A stretch of DNA of 64,000 nucleotides from Cetorhinus maximus (GCF_964194155.1 NC_135906.1:19282001-19346000); one strand, 5' to 3'; positions 39,420 to 53,769 are shown, counted from the first letter of the stretch. A program made the numbers and translations. The notes: generated by a model not told the origin, from the letters alone.

Positions 39420-40448
39420 GATTCTTACAGCCAGTCAGCAGAAAAGTGGCAAAATTGATAGCAAACTGACTACAAAATAGAAAACAGAGAGTAGGGAGTT
39501 AAAGGTAGTTACCCAGACTAGCAGAAGATGGGAAGTAGTTTTCCACTAGGATTAGTGCCAGTCCCACTGCTATTCACCATTTATTCACATTTGCAGATGA
39601 TGCCAAGTTGAGGGGATTTCAATACTGAAGAAAACTGTGACAAGAAGATATTAATCGTGCAAAATGGATGTGTAAATGGAAAATTGATTTCAATGTCGTT
39701 AAGTGCGAGGTGGTGCATTTTGGTAGGAGGAATAATGGGGTTACATCATCCTTGAAAAATAAGAGCCCAAATGGTGCAAAGAGATCCAGGGAGATTCACA
39801 AATCATTAAAATTAGCAATGCAGGTTAACAAAGCCATAACGATGTAAACAAAGCAGGGGTACATTTCTATAGGAATATAGCTGAAATGCAGGGAAGCTAT
39901 GTCAAACTTATTTAGAACCTTGGGTAGACCACACATAGGAGTGCACAGTTCTGGCCTCCATTTTTACACAAGAAGGCTATAAAAGCACCGGAGAAGATGC
40001 AATAGAAGATTTACAAAGATGATACCGGAACTAAGAGGTGATAACTATCAGGAATGGCTGAAGAGGCTAGAGCTCTTTTCTCTAGAAAAGAAATGTCTGT
40101 ATAGTGGCTTGATTGAGATCTTTAAAATTTTGAGGGGTTTGACACTTGAAGGGGAGTATAAAGCTAGGGGCTATAAATATAAAATAGTCATTAATAAATC
40201 CAATAGAGAATTCAAGAGAAATTTCGTTACCCAGAGAGTGGGTATTTTCAATTGGAATTTTCAATTTACTACCGTACTGGAATAGTTGAGGCAAATAGCA
40301 TAGGTCATTTAAGGGGAAGCTCGATAAGCACATCAAGGAGAAAGTAATATAAGGATATGTTGATAGCGTGAGAAGAAGTAAAGTGAGAGGAATCAGTATA
40401 GGCCTGTTGGGCCAAACGGCCTGTTTCTGTCCTGTAAATTCTATGAAA
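39420..40448 (+). mobile_element. Degraded CR1 LINE 3' part
   Basis: FADDAKL, KCEVVHFGRRN, MIPELRG...LFSLEK, RNFVTQRV; tail ctgtaaattctatga. Confidence 0.85.
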
Positions 40449-43400
40449 CTTGATGGCTAACAGCAACTGTGATCCTTTTTATGGACTGTTCACACTGTGC
40501 CCAGGCCACTGGTTCAATGAGTCTCACTCCAAATTCACCAGGAACATCAAGGCGATGTTGGCCATTTTGTTGGGAATGCTGCCAAACTAGAAATGGAAGC
40601 GTGCCAAACCTGAATTGGAAAGCAGGGCTTGTCAAAATTGAAAGCAAAAGAAATAAAATAATTTCAACATCAGAATAGTAGTGGAATTGGGGATTGGTAA
40701 TGGGAGCTCAGCTGGCATGTCAGTCACCGTCATGCCTTTTTAATAGCATAGATGCAATATATTGTAGCGTAGTAAAGGCACCATATAGGTAAAGGGCAAC
40801 CAGCTTATGACCACTGCTGATGGTCACGCTGAGATGTAAAGAGAGAAAACAGAAGCCAAGGACCCTTCCTATTCCCCACAGAGTGGGGAAAAATTCAGAA
40901 GGAGGAAGAATCTCAGCAGGTCTGTGGTGACCGATTCCCTAGTGCCCAGCTTTGGACTGGGAGCAGATCATCTGCTTGTCCTCCCAGCAGCAAAATTGGA
41001 AATAGAGGGATTTCATACCTATAAAGAACATTTCTAAAAAAAACTGCTCCTTCATTCATTTATTCTTTCAAAAAATTCTCACATATTTACTGATAACTGA
41101 TCATTTTATTCCTGACTGATTAGCAACCAATGAAGGACTACTAATGTCTGTTGAGATATTTACATGTAGCACTCACTGCACTGGATCAGACTCATAAAAA
41201 GCTGTAATGGTTATACAAAGGTGTAATCATGCAGTGATTATGTCACAATGGGTTATTTAGCTCTCTATGTCATGTGATGGTACCAGCTATGGCCTCCTTG
41301 CACACTCCCTTTTCCCAATCAATTAACTGAGTATGAAAAATAATTCTGGATGAAAGATCATGTTTTTTGCATTGGTGGCACACTGATTTTGCAAGTGTGC
41401 TCATGCCAGGGGCTGTCAGAAAGTGTGCCTTTATTTCATTTTGTCTGTAGAGAATGACAATGTAATATATGTACACATATATAAATAGAATCAATATTAG
41501 TTTAGATTACCAAAGTGTCTAGATCACATTGCTCTCACAAATTACAATTTAGAAATCACTCCACTATATATTTTATTTTGATAATAGCTGTTTAAGTTTC
41601 TAGAGTAGTTTTGTTCAATTTGCTGAAGTGGTTATCTATTCCCCACAGGAATAGAAAGTGAGGACTTAAAAGTTTACCACGAACAATTTGTAGTTAATTA
41701 ATGTCAATATGCCAATCTCTTTTATATTAGCTAGCTAACTGGGCAGGAGATAAAGGCTGATATTTGGTCACATGATGTTCCTCAGCATGTGGAATGGCCA
41801 GACTTTTCCAATTGAATTCTAGCCTGCTTCCTCCCAGATACACCAGACAGTACGACTTATGTCCTCCCATTGGTGTAGGGATGTCAGTCAACACTTACAT
41901 TGCAACTGGGCAGTCCCAGGATCAAGTTATATGGTCGTCTTGTCACTGACATATTATCTGTGCTGTGTTGGCCTTTGAAAGCTGTAAGGTGCGATTATGT
42001 TCTTTCGAATATCAGGAATGGGACTTACTCAGTGGGCTTCAGAAACAGGCTGCCATGCAGATATCTGTGCTGTGGACCTCCCAACTGGAAAAAGGTTTTT
42101 TGGAGGATGAAATTGGAAGGAAATTTGAGGGGAGAGGGACAATGGTTCTAACGGAATACTGTAAATTTTAAAAAGGCAAATCTTACATTAGATTATCTTC
42201 CTGTAATTTGCTTAATTGTTCCCCCTTCCCTATATGGTCTCCCTCTTCCCCATGCCCCTTTCTGGCTCACCCCAGCTGGGGTTCTATAGCTTGTTAGGAA
42301 ACTGAGAGAGCAGCCTAGCTGGGCCCACAGCAATCTCTGATTACCGCTTCTTCCCTCAGGGGTTATCCTTACCCTGTGCTTGATGCCCCTCTCAGGGCCA
42401 TGATTCAAATTTAAAAATTGTTGATGAGCAGTAGCGGCTGATCTTGTTTCTTACCCCAGTGGAACTGTTCCTCTCATCCTGTTCTTCCCTGGGTGGCCCA
42501 AGATTAAATATTTTCCGTCCCCATTCACCATTAAGCTCTCCACTCCCCTTTGTTCCATACCTTGTGTGTTGACCTTTTACATGACCTCAAAAATAAGCAG
42601 TTCAGTTAGTGATTTAACTGTTTCCGCTGAATGATATAAAACAATTAGTAATTTTTCCATGAATCATTCTCCTGTGGTTCCAGATCTTGCTCAGCCAGTC
42701 TCAAATAAACATAAAACACAGCTTAGATATGTTTGATATTTATTGCATTATTATGACCAACCCTTCCCTTCCCAAAACATGTTGAGCTCCAAACCGAAAG
42801 CAGAGCTCCTCTCCATTGGTTCATTGGTTAAACACTCCACCTATTATATAACTGCCATATAGACCAGAAAGATCATGGATTCAATAGCAAATATGGAAGG
42901 AGACTCCTGATTGCAAAATCGAAGAACATCTAAAAAGTGAGAAATAAAACTAAAAATAGCAAAAATAAATTATACCAACATTAAATATTCATAAACCAGT
43001 TAGCTTGCAAAAACTCCTCAACCAAAAGCAAATTCCCCATTGAAAGTGACACATAGTAACACACTATTCACAAAATCAACTCTCAAGAGATCAGGTATTG
43101 GAATGGAGCCAGCCTCTTCATTCTGGTTTGCACAAAGAATCCTATCAATACAGATCAAACTTCCACCTTCCCCTGACCCCACCAGACTCTGATTTTTATC
43201 TTTTTATTTTTAAAAAGATGCCCAATGAACTTTTCCCTCTTATCTTCCCACATTTACATTTTCCTATGTGATTATCTTTTTATATACATGGCCTTTTGCT
43301 GATGTCTGCTAATCCTTTCTGACATTTTGTGTCCTTCCAAACAATACTGCTTGTCTAGAAAATTCTGTGCTGATGGGAAGAATGCTTCTGTAACATCTTT

Positions 43401-43499
43401 CAATACCCCCAATCTCCCAAGCCATTTTTGAGGTTCCATGGGAACAAACATATGGATTTTTTTGATTTTCCCTTATAATTCATTTACTCATGTTTAGAT

Positions 43500-43680
43500 A
43501 TGAGTTCCTCAGGATAGTACCCTAGGCCCAACTAACTTCAGTTGTTTTATCAATGACCTTCCCTTCATCATCATGTCAGAAATGGGAATGTTCACTGATG
43601 ATTGCACAGTGCTCAGTACCGATCCTCAGACACTGAAGCAGTCTGTGTGTCCATATGCAGCAAGACCTGGACAGCATTCC
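43500..43680 (+). mobile_element. Fragment of the CR1-clade LINE seen at 24745-27389
   Basis: gagttcctcaggatagt...atcaatgaccttcc...gcagcaagacctggac matches about 26405-26590. Confidence 0.85.
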
Positions 43681-44732
43681 GTCACGGCGGGGTCGGGGCC
43701 ATAAAATGTGGTGAACCGTTCAAACGTCCATTGACTTCGGTGGGACTGGAAAATCTCGCTAGCGGGAGGGGCCATAAAATTCCACCCTGTGTCAGATCTC
43801 TCATGCACCTTTTGTAAATAATGACATAACTGCTGTAGATAGAGAGCAAATACTGACACACAGCTGGAGACAATCTGCAGATACTCATATTGACACAGTC
43901 TGAGGACCAACAGTTCCCTGTCCTAACTTGAGTTTTAACTGTCCATGGGAACACAGTGCTGTCAATACAGAGATCCTTTTGCCAGTGTACAGAAATACAA
44001 ATGTGTCAGTAAGTCAATAAATATAGAGGTCTAATGACTTCACAGCCCCTAGGGTACCGTTAAGGAACCCGAGTTGGAACATGTATATCTTAAATGATTT
44101 CCACTGTTCCTTATATACAGCATGACGATTTTTGGACACTTCTTCAAATACCTCTGCCATTTTTCAGCTCTCACTCTCTCATCCCCACTCTCTCATACTG
44201 TCTCTGCTTATCTTCCTCTCCCCATTATCTCTCGCACTCTCTTTCTCTTCACCCCCTTTCCATTACTTGCATTACACTTTCCTCAAAAATAACCTTGAAA
44301 CCATTTCATAGTCTCCAGATTTAATTGCATCAAATGCACTATCTTTGTCCATTCCTAATTCACTCAAGAACCTCTGGATGCTGCTGTTAATTATCCTTGA
44401 ATAATGCTACATTGCATTGAGAGAGCAGATTTTAAGCAATAGCATTTATAGCATAACTGTGAATGAAACACAATTGTCTTATCCTTAGAAGCTTCTGTGT
44501 GAACTTGACTGCACTGCTTGTCCTGTGGGGTACTTGTGCTGCATGCTGCATGCTTCTGCATCACTTGTGTTTGTTAACTGGATGTCAGTACCTCAAGTGG
44601 AACTGGGAATGACCATTGCATTGTTTACTGTTCCACTGATTATTTGTGTGCATCGTGTTAAATTGCAATGATGACCTGCGTATTTGCATCTGTACACAAA
44701 TGGAATGAACTGTTTGACAATGTTTAAACTAA

Positions 44733-44969
<237 letters not shown>

Positions 44970-45189
44970 TAATTGCTACTACAGTACATAACTAACGAAG
45001 AAAAGTTTGTGAAGATTTTTACATGTTATCAATCTCATGCATAGGTGTTCAAGAATGAAGACCTTACTTGCATTGCATAATTATGTCATGTTGCCAAGTA
45101 GATCAAAGGTGGGGCATTCATTTATTATGTATCCCGACTTTTGTTTGGAGGCTCCACCAACACATCTTTTCATTGTGTGAACAGCTCCA

Positions 45190-46260
45190 AGAAGGGGGTT
45201 CACGCCTCACACCAGAGGGTGGAGTGCATAACCTAGCCCAGGGGTCAGCAACCTTTTTTACCTGAAAAGCCTTTTTTTAAAAAAAAAATTGTCTAAAATA
45301 AAAACTATTGGGAGCCACAAGTTGAAAATTCAGCATTTCTAAACCAAATACTTGGCAAAGTGCCAAGTGTCTCTGGTAGCATGCATAATTTTCATATATC
45401 ATAAAATACATGTATTAAATTTATGTATCAGTAGAAAAAAATTAAAATAAGTCAAACTCTGAATTATCACAGTTTTTGAATTTTTTCACTATGATTTTGT
45501 CAGTAAACTCACCCTTAAAACAAACGTTAACTTAGATGCATAGAATCAAGACAATTGTTTCAGCTGTTGACTCTTGTGATTTAAAAAAAGCTTCTAATAG
45601 CACATTCAGAATAAGTTACCATCTCAGCTATATTGGAAAGGATAATGACCACAATTGTAAAACCTATTCCTCATACCAAAGGCACTATCTATAACCATGA
45701 TGTAGTTACCCCACTCAAATAGATTTGGAGCACAACGATGTTTTTCATTAAAATGATCATTTGCTAAAATGATCAAGTGCAGCATATTGATTAGCATTTT
45801 ATCCCCACAATAAAAACACGGCTCTTACTTGTCTTAATATTTTTAGGCTTTTTTCATGTTAATGCAATCCAACCACAGAAGTTTGGAACCACAAATGAGA
45901 TGTTAAAGAGCCACATGCAGCTCCAGAGTCACAGGTTGCAGACCCCTGACCTAGCCTGACAATCCAATGCAGTACTGAGCGAAAGCTGTGTTGTGGGAGA
46001 TGCCATCCTTTGGATGGGTCATTAAACCAAGTCTTTTTGTGCCTCATGCTTCAGGTGGAGGCTTGCCGTGGTGCTATTTGAAGAAGAGTAGATAGTTCTT
46101 CTGGTGCTGACCCTCAGCCAACACACAAAAACTCAGATTTAACTGGTGATTCCACTTATTGTCATTTTTCAAATCTTGCTATGTGCAAAAAAAACCCTAT
46201 TTCATTCAGAGCCATTACTGCACTTCACATTAATTGATTGCTTCTGAATGATGTGTTAAG
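45190..46260 (+). mobile_element. DeuSINE-like (SacSINE1-like) element interrupted by the hAT insertion
   Basis: Joined flanks read gggttcacg...acctagcctgacaatccaatgcagtactgag...tttggatg...ttaaacc, resembling the Deu domain. Confidence 0.6.
45239..45948. mobile_element. hAT (Charlie/Buster-type) non-autonomous element, 710 bp
   Basis: TIRs CAGGGGTCAGCAACCT and AGGTTGCAGACCCCTG (15/16 match); perfect 8-bp TSD ACCTAGCC at 45231-45238 and 45949-45956. Confidence 0.92.
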
Positions 46261-46830
46261 ACACTGAATAAAAGCAAGTCCTTTCTTTTCCAGGCGGGGA
46301 AACATCCAGCTTCCAGACCTCTTTCAGTTTCACTCTAACAACAACTGCTGGAAAGTGTGGGGAAGCTGTCATGATTCTGCCTCCTTCATTGCGGGAAGTG
46401 TCTAGCCTCTGCTCAGCATCTCCTTATTCCTACATGATTCAAACTAATAACCCGCCCTGAAGGGGGTAAATCTTAGGTGTAGATCTGTGTTCAATGCACA
46501 AAGGTGGTGCTCCAATACAAAACATGTGTACCCCAAATAGCAACTACTTAATTTTCAATGGCATTGAAATTTTAAACAAAAACACCATCCCAACTTAATA
46601 AAAAAAAATTCTTGGTTATGTACTACAACTGCTTCACTAAGTTGCAGCCTTCCAAGTAATATGGGGAAATTTTCCCCTCTGTTCTCTGTGCATGTGAAGA
46701 AGAGGTTTACATATGTGGCGCATAGAAGAAATCTTGCTCTGTTGTGGTTGTCTATAAAAACATTTTTGCAATGATTGTGGCCTCATTCAAATTTATTCCA
46801 AAATGTTCTACCAATCTGTTTCTTTATTAG

Positions 46831-46938
46831 GAGGGGCTGATAAACACCAAATGGACCGAGAGTTGAGGAAGGAGATGATGTCTATATGGCCGAACCTTTC
46901 CCAGAAGACAATTGACCTACTAGTGACACCTCACAAAT
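46831..46938 (+). CDS. CACNA1A: Cav2.1 exon 39 equivalent (pre-IQ)
   Basis: 108 nt, tttattag|...|gtaagt; [35 protein letters not shown](S). Confidence 0.97.
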
Positions 46939-47970
46939 GTAAGTGCAGTTCTCAGTGATAACTTCCTTTACTCCTCCATCAGTTCTTTACACTTCCTAGT
47001 GTGCCAACTGGAAGGACAGATTTCTGCCATGTCACTGTCATTGCTATATGTGAACCAAGTGAGCGGTTGTACTGGGAAAAAGTCAGGGTGACTTGCATTT
47101 CCTAATTTCATCTTCTGCCACCCCCCCTCCATCCCCCAGCTCTCCCCCCAGAGAGGCGATCAGCTCAAATGTGCTGTCCATTACCCTATTAACTCTAACG
47201 CTATGTCTAAACATTGTTTTTGGTATTGTTGGCAGTTCTCAATGGCAGGACTTTCTTAATTGTTCACTTAATAGTAAAAAGGTTCATGCTGTCAAACCAG
47301 TGTTTCTATTGGTGAAACTGTACTGTTGTGTACAGCAGGGCTAACTGCCCTCTGATGGTAGAAACTTATCACAAAAGCTAGCAATTCAGGCCAGTTTATT
47401 TATTCTCTACCTTCCACTTACTGCTCTACCTGCACTAAATCAAGGAAGATTCCAGCTCTCCATTCATCACCATCATCTTTCAGGATTCCTCATGACATTA
47501 TTGTCATTTCAGAGTTCAGTCACCATCACTTAACCCTCATTGGCCATCAGTTATTAAAGAACTCATTCACTATAAATCTTAGCTTCTCTTTGTAGCTCAT
47601 TAGCTACAAAGGCAATATTGTATTCATTACCATGGAATCTTTTCTTCCTTTTTTTCTTAAATTAAGTGCTCAAGAATTGGATGGTTCCAAACTTTGGCCA
47701 CACAGCTGGTTTCTGTGGAATCCCATCCGTGAAGAAGCATTGGTGTTGACAGATTGGAGTCAGTCATCAAATTTTTTCATCTTCCTCAATGTGATTGTGA
47801 AAATTACCAGATTTTAGAAAATTGAGAGAAATATGAGTGAAAATTCACTAGATGTTTAGGAAAGGAGTACAGGGAGAGATTGGGAAGAGAGCATGTAACC
47901 AACAAAAGCCCCAGCTCTTGGTTTCAGTCTCCTAATTCTTCTTCTTGTCTTCTAATCTTCCTGTCTGCAG

Positions 47971-48071
47971 CAACTGATCTCACAGTGGGGAAGATCTATG
48001 CAGCTATGATGATCATGGAATACTATCGACAAAGCAAAGCCAAAAAGCTCCAGCTACTCCGTGAGGAGCAG
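47971..48071 (+). CDS. CACNA1A: Cav2.1 exon 40 equivalent (IQ-like IM calmodulin-binding motif)
   Basis: 101 nt, tgtctgcag|...|gtacta; [33 protein letters not shown]. Confidence 0.97.
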
Positions 48072-48842
48072 GTACTAGCATAGCGGAGAGAAATGATTGA
48101 ATCTCAAATGATGTCATACTGTCCAAAAAGAACAAAACAGAGAATTACAGAGAAAGAAAAACAGCTTTCCTTAATTTGCTGTGCTTCCAATTTTGCTTGA
48201 TGTATGCTTCTTACGCATTCCCATCCATGCTGTTTCACTTTAGATGTCACAGTAATAGAGAATAGAACATTTTTAACAGCACTTATCTCCCAACCTGGTT
48301 ATTTATTTTTGCATCTCAGCAAATCTGGGGTATACAAACTGTGGCTCATGGGTCATATATGTCTGGCAAGTCCTAGCAGTACAGCCCATGCAACCTCAAT
48401 AACTGTGTTTCAATTTGCACACATTTCTCACTTGTTGGCTTGTTCTGTTTGAATTTTGTAGGCCTGGAGGTTTGGAAAGGGCTATTTGTAGCACCGTTGC
48501 TCTAGGAACACAGGGATCTGTTAGCATCAGCAACTTGAGATATAATGAGAACAAGCATTTAAAGTTTATATATGGCTTATGAGGATCCATGTTTAGCAGG
48601 TCATGGTGACTCAGCTTGAATGCTCCTTCAAATACTCTTGCTGGCATAAACTATAATTATGAACATCTGTGTTTTTACCCTTTAATTATAAATCTTTTTA
48701 AAGTTTATATAGATAGATAAAAGCACGATCACCTTAATGAAAAAGTGTTTGTCAAATAATTACATTTTGGAAGAGATGAAGGATAAGGAGCTCAAAAATG
48801 CAATGTTGTGTTTCAGCAACAAAATTTAGAAAAAAGTTCACC

Positions 48843-49517
48843 AAGCCTGAATTTTTCGTTCATCGGGCACGCGCAATTGGTGGGTCCGGCAACGGAGGGG
48901 AAATGGGATCCGCAGCCAATCACGATTTCACGCTGGCTGGCCAGTTAATGGCCAGCCAGCGTGAAACGTGCGTTGAAATGCTCAGCGCTGATGGGGTGGG
49001 GGCGGGAAGAGGATGGGCCCCGACCTAACTGAGGGTGGGGTTGAGTGCTTTGAGAGAGCTCCCTGCAGGCAGACAGCTGCCCCAGGGAGCTGCAGACCTC
49101 CACAAAATAAAGGAAGTTACAAAAATGCTGCAAAATATGTCCATGCAGCACAATCAAGCACCTAAAAGCATATCTCATAAAAACACAGTCCCCAGATATC
49201 TCTCTTTATTTTATTTCCCCACAGAGATTTCATCTTATCCTGGATCAAGGTTTGAGCAAAAATGTGAATGCTGCCTGGGAGAATGGTCCGTCTGCCAACC
49301 ATAAGTGTGGACAGGCCTTGTAAAATCGCTGTTAATTTCATTGTTAATGGGCTTAATCGGTGGGCACACTTCCGACTGTCGCGTATACCCGATGAATGAA
49401 ATATCGTGCAGGTGCACGATGACGTCGGGACGCTAGCCCGACGTCATCTCGCGCTATTTCACCTCCGTTCGGGATGGGCACGCATCTGTCTGCCTGCGAG
49501 ACATAAAATTCTGGCCC
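48843..49517. mobile_element. CpG-rich PIF/Harbinger-like MITE
   Basis: Imperfect TIRs gcctgaatttt and aaaattctggccc; retained CpGs; internal hairpin at 49418-49448. Confidence 0.65.
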
Positions 49518-51594
49518 ACGCCTTTTTTTAATGTAAAGTGATGCCCCTTTTGATGGGAGAAGCTTGCTGTTTAGCATTAGTTGGGCCTGTCAGATATCAG
49601 AAGTTCAACAATGTCTATTAATTAACCAATCCCTTGCTTTCTTCAGGTAATATTGTTTGTGGTTTTTTCCATCTGTTTCCTGCTGGTTCCTTCCCCGTTT
49701 TTACTGCCTGACGCTTCTGGTCTCTTTTTATTTTATTTTGAATGCTTTGTGACCTCATATTGTTCACATGCATGAGACTGAGCCAATTACTAGACTCAGC
49801 CTTAAGTCAGTATTCTGCCCATGTAGTGTTAAAGTTGTGCATCCATGGCCAATGTTATAACCAGAGACATCAGTTTTAGAAGCGTGTTCAACACCAGAAA
49901 ACATTAATTGTACTCGAAGCACATTGAAGCAAATGGCGATAACATCAATTATACATATGCCAGCATTTATATAATACTAGCTGATCTCCTGTGACACCTG
50001 GGGAAGGAGCACAGTTGCAGCATTTAGCTGCTAAGGTGACACTCTACTTAACCTGGCCTTAAGGTACTTTCTGTGGGGAAAGTGATCTTATCAGACACAT
50101 CCTATGGTCAATTAGAGGCTAATTGTTGTGGGAGATTAGCAACTTCTAGTTTCTGCTCGAGGAGAGGTCAAGTTGTACATCAAGTACAGAAAATTGGCAT
50201 TTTTCGTGAAATTTTGACACTTCTTCGATATTTTGTGATATTTGAAGTGTGATTGATACTTGCTAACTTATGGATTTGTATAGTAGTGAATTTCCATACT
50301 CACAGTAAGTCAAGAGATTGTGCTGTTTTATAAGGACAGAAACATTATATGTAAATTCTGCAGCTTAAGTGTGTGTGGGTATTTGACCCTTTAAGGATTT
50401 GCATTCTAGAAAAGTTTACTTGTGGCACTTACAGGTCAGGCTGTAGATCAGAACCCTATCTTTGTTTATAAACAGTCAATTAAGAAACTGCAGTATTAAT
50501 TATGATACAGATATTTGTTTTTAATATATTTTTTATTTTGTAGTAGAGGGAAATTCAGAGGAGCAATGTTCCTCATTGTAGCAATAATAAAGAGAGATAA
50601 GAAAGGTTATGAAGGGAAAGAAGTTGGTTGTTAGAGGTGAGTATGTGATGTGTCATTCTTGTAGCGGCAGTGCTGAACTGAGTAACTGATTATTCTGAAT
50701 AGAATAAGCTGCTCCAAATACTGGTTCCTATTTCACTAAAACAACCTGAATAATTTCTACACATTGGCTCTTTATCTGGAGAGCCATGCAGATCCCTTGG
50801 TTCTCAGTTTTGTTTCAGTCGGTATATTGTTACTGCAATAAACATCTTGAGTTATAATATTTTTAGGAAGGAGCAAATAGCAAAGAAAAGGGAAGACTCA
50901 AAATTTTGATAGGGAGTAAATGGAGAAGGGTGAATGGAACTTCTATAATGTTAACCAGTCTCCTGCCTCAAGCAGTATGTTTGAATGCCTACTAGGGTAG
51001 AGGCATTGTGATTTATGAGTAACAAAATACATTAAGTAAATGAGATAATTGTGGAAGCACACCAGCCGAATAAATATATACCATTTTTAAAAAGCAACTA
51101 CAATTCAGAGTACTGTGGATAAATAAAGAGGTTATAAAATAACATTGAAGAATAAAATATTTAAAATGATTAAAATAAGGGAGAATACAAGAAAGTAAGG
51201 AGAGAAGTTAAGAAAGAGATAAGGAAAGTAAAGTGAATATGAGGAGAGAATTACAAAAAAACGCTGAAAGGACAGTGAAGTATTCTGTAAACATATCGGT
51301 AAAAAGAGATTTATTGAATGTGAGTTGGGATGCTTGAGAGGAGAGGATGGCGAGGCTATAGGGGATCTGCAGAAATTGGCAAGAAGTGTTTACTAAGGAG
51401 AATATTCTATGATTCTTTAAGATAAATCCTGAATTGTTTAATAGCAAAATGAGATTTGATTTAATAAAGCATTAGGAAAGTTAACTAAGATAAAGGATGA
51501 CAAAATACAAATTAATGGGATACATGTGAGGATACAGAGGGGAAAAAGGAGAAAAAAATATGTAGACTCAGTCAACCATTTTGTAGTCAGCTCC

Positions 51595-52342
51595 TGTTAT
51601 GATACAACAGTTTGGTAAAGGCTGTTATTTAAAATCCCAGAGAGAAACTTTAAACAACTGCCATAAGCTATATTTTCAATTGGTATGTTTGAGATGCAGG
51701 AATAAGACCACCAGTTCTCGAGAGGTTCTTACAGCAAACTAAATGAGAGATTTATTAATTTACAACAAATTAAACATATACACATGGCTACAAATTACTA
51801 TCATAACTTTTAACAAACTCCCAAATTAATCTCCACTAAGGCAACAATAACCAACAGACTTAAACAGACACCAGGCAAAGCACTTTTCACCTTACAAATT
51901 CAAAATGAGGCTCCTTTAGACTTTGTTCCTTTGCAGATAGTGGTAGACTTACAGGCTTAGATCTTACATGCCTCTGAGCTGCACACACAAACTCCTTTCT
52001 GTTATACCCAGCCTTCGAATGCAAATTCTCATTGTGTCACCAGGCCCTTTGAACTCCACCTCTTCTAACAATAAAACCCCTTTCATAGTACTAATTTTAT
52101 TAGTAATATAAAAATGTTGCTTGGTGCCTCCTAGCTAGGTGCAAGATTTCACTCCCACTCTTGAATGCTCTATTCAACAAAATTCAAATGCACCCTTTAC
52201 CTTACTGTTTACACCTCAACTGTTATACATCAAAGCACCCAGACTAGCTGGCTTTAATCCAATTAACACACACAGACTAAACCTCTATTTAAAAAAAAAT
52301 AATTTCCAATAACATTGTATACATTAATATCTCTTCATGACA
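51595..52342. mobile_element. Solo LTR, 748 bp
   Basis: TGTTATGA...TCATGACA inverted termini; perfect 5-bp TSD GCTCC at 51590-51594 and 52343-52347. Confidence 0.88.
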
Positions 52343-53769
52343 GCTCCCCTGCTGAGTTATGATTAAATTCTGCCCACAAGCATCATGAATTATCATGCAC
52401 ATTATATAGATGGTGGCAGTATACCCAAAGACCTTCTGTACAGTAAATTGGCCACTGGATCATGATCTCCTGGGCCATCATACCTCTGCTACAAGGACAC
52501 CTGCAAGTGAGATATGAAGATGGTGTACACTGATACTGACAACTGGTTGGTCACTGAGTGCCATGGTTTCTGGAGCCTGACTATTTGGAAGGGCATTGAA
52601 GAGGCAAACAGAAACAAAATGCTCAGCTGGCTGAAAAGAGGACCCAGAGAAAACAGAGCCAGTGAATCGTGCACGTTCTCATGCAGTCATTGTCTTTCTG
52701 TGCAGCAAATACAGCAAAGACTGCCATGCCAGAGTGGAGCTCCTAAGCCACACCAGGCGATGCTTAACACAGAGTTGATCACTATGGTGCAAACCGTCGT
52801 CTTATAAGCTGGAAGGCTGCTGCCATAGGATAGGTTTAAGGGAAGTGACAACTTCTCATAACAATTGGAATTAAAGAATACACTGTACAGTGTTTGACTA
52901 AGCAGCATAGACAGTAAAGTCCCATCCTGTACTAAATTAATTGTCTTGGGTTCTATTGTTGGCCTCACACCATCAACCTGGAGGGGGTGGGGCAAATTAG
53001 TTAGGGTTCCCTTCACTCATTGTCTAGAGAACCCTGCTGGAAAATGTGTGATTCTGAGCATCTGAATGAGGACAATGGGACTTGGTTACTGCATAATCAA
53101 ATATCCTGCTAGCACTGGCTGCCTAGGTTCACATTGAAAAATAGCCACTTGGGAGCAGTACTTGAGGACAACCAACAGCTATAAAACCGTAACCCAGAAC
53201 CTTCAGGAGAATAGGAGAGAAACTGGAGATAGATTAAAGAAAATTGAGATATTTAGATCTTCACATTATTCTATTAAATATGAAGTTGTCAAACCAACTA
53301 TCACACATTACCCAAATTATTAAGACTCTAATAAAGCATCTTGAGCACTAGTCAGAACATTATTTACATTTACCCTGTAGTAGTGAGATGCACAGCTACT
53401 ATTATTATTGTAAAAATATGACTTATATTTGATTAGAGGTGACCTCAAGAAGCACTTAGCTGATGTGATTGAGATGTTTAAATTGATTGGCAGGGTAGAT
53501 GGGGAACAACTCTACCCTCAAATGAGGGGAATCCAGGATCCAGAAGAAAGAGGCACAGGCTCAGAAATTTGAGACCTCCCATTTTTGGGTACATGATGGG
53601 CCACAAGTCTAGTTCCCTGCACAAGAATGGAGAGGTTCAAGGAGCCCTTGACATTGAGCCTCAGACCTGAATAACACCAAGCCAGTATGGCAAAAACTAA
53701 AGCTGGATCAGATAGCTGTTATTGCCGCAGCATCCTTCATTTACGGGCAGACCGGCATGGGGAGGGGAG

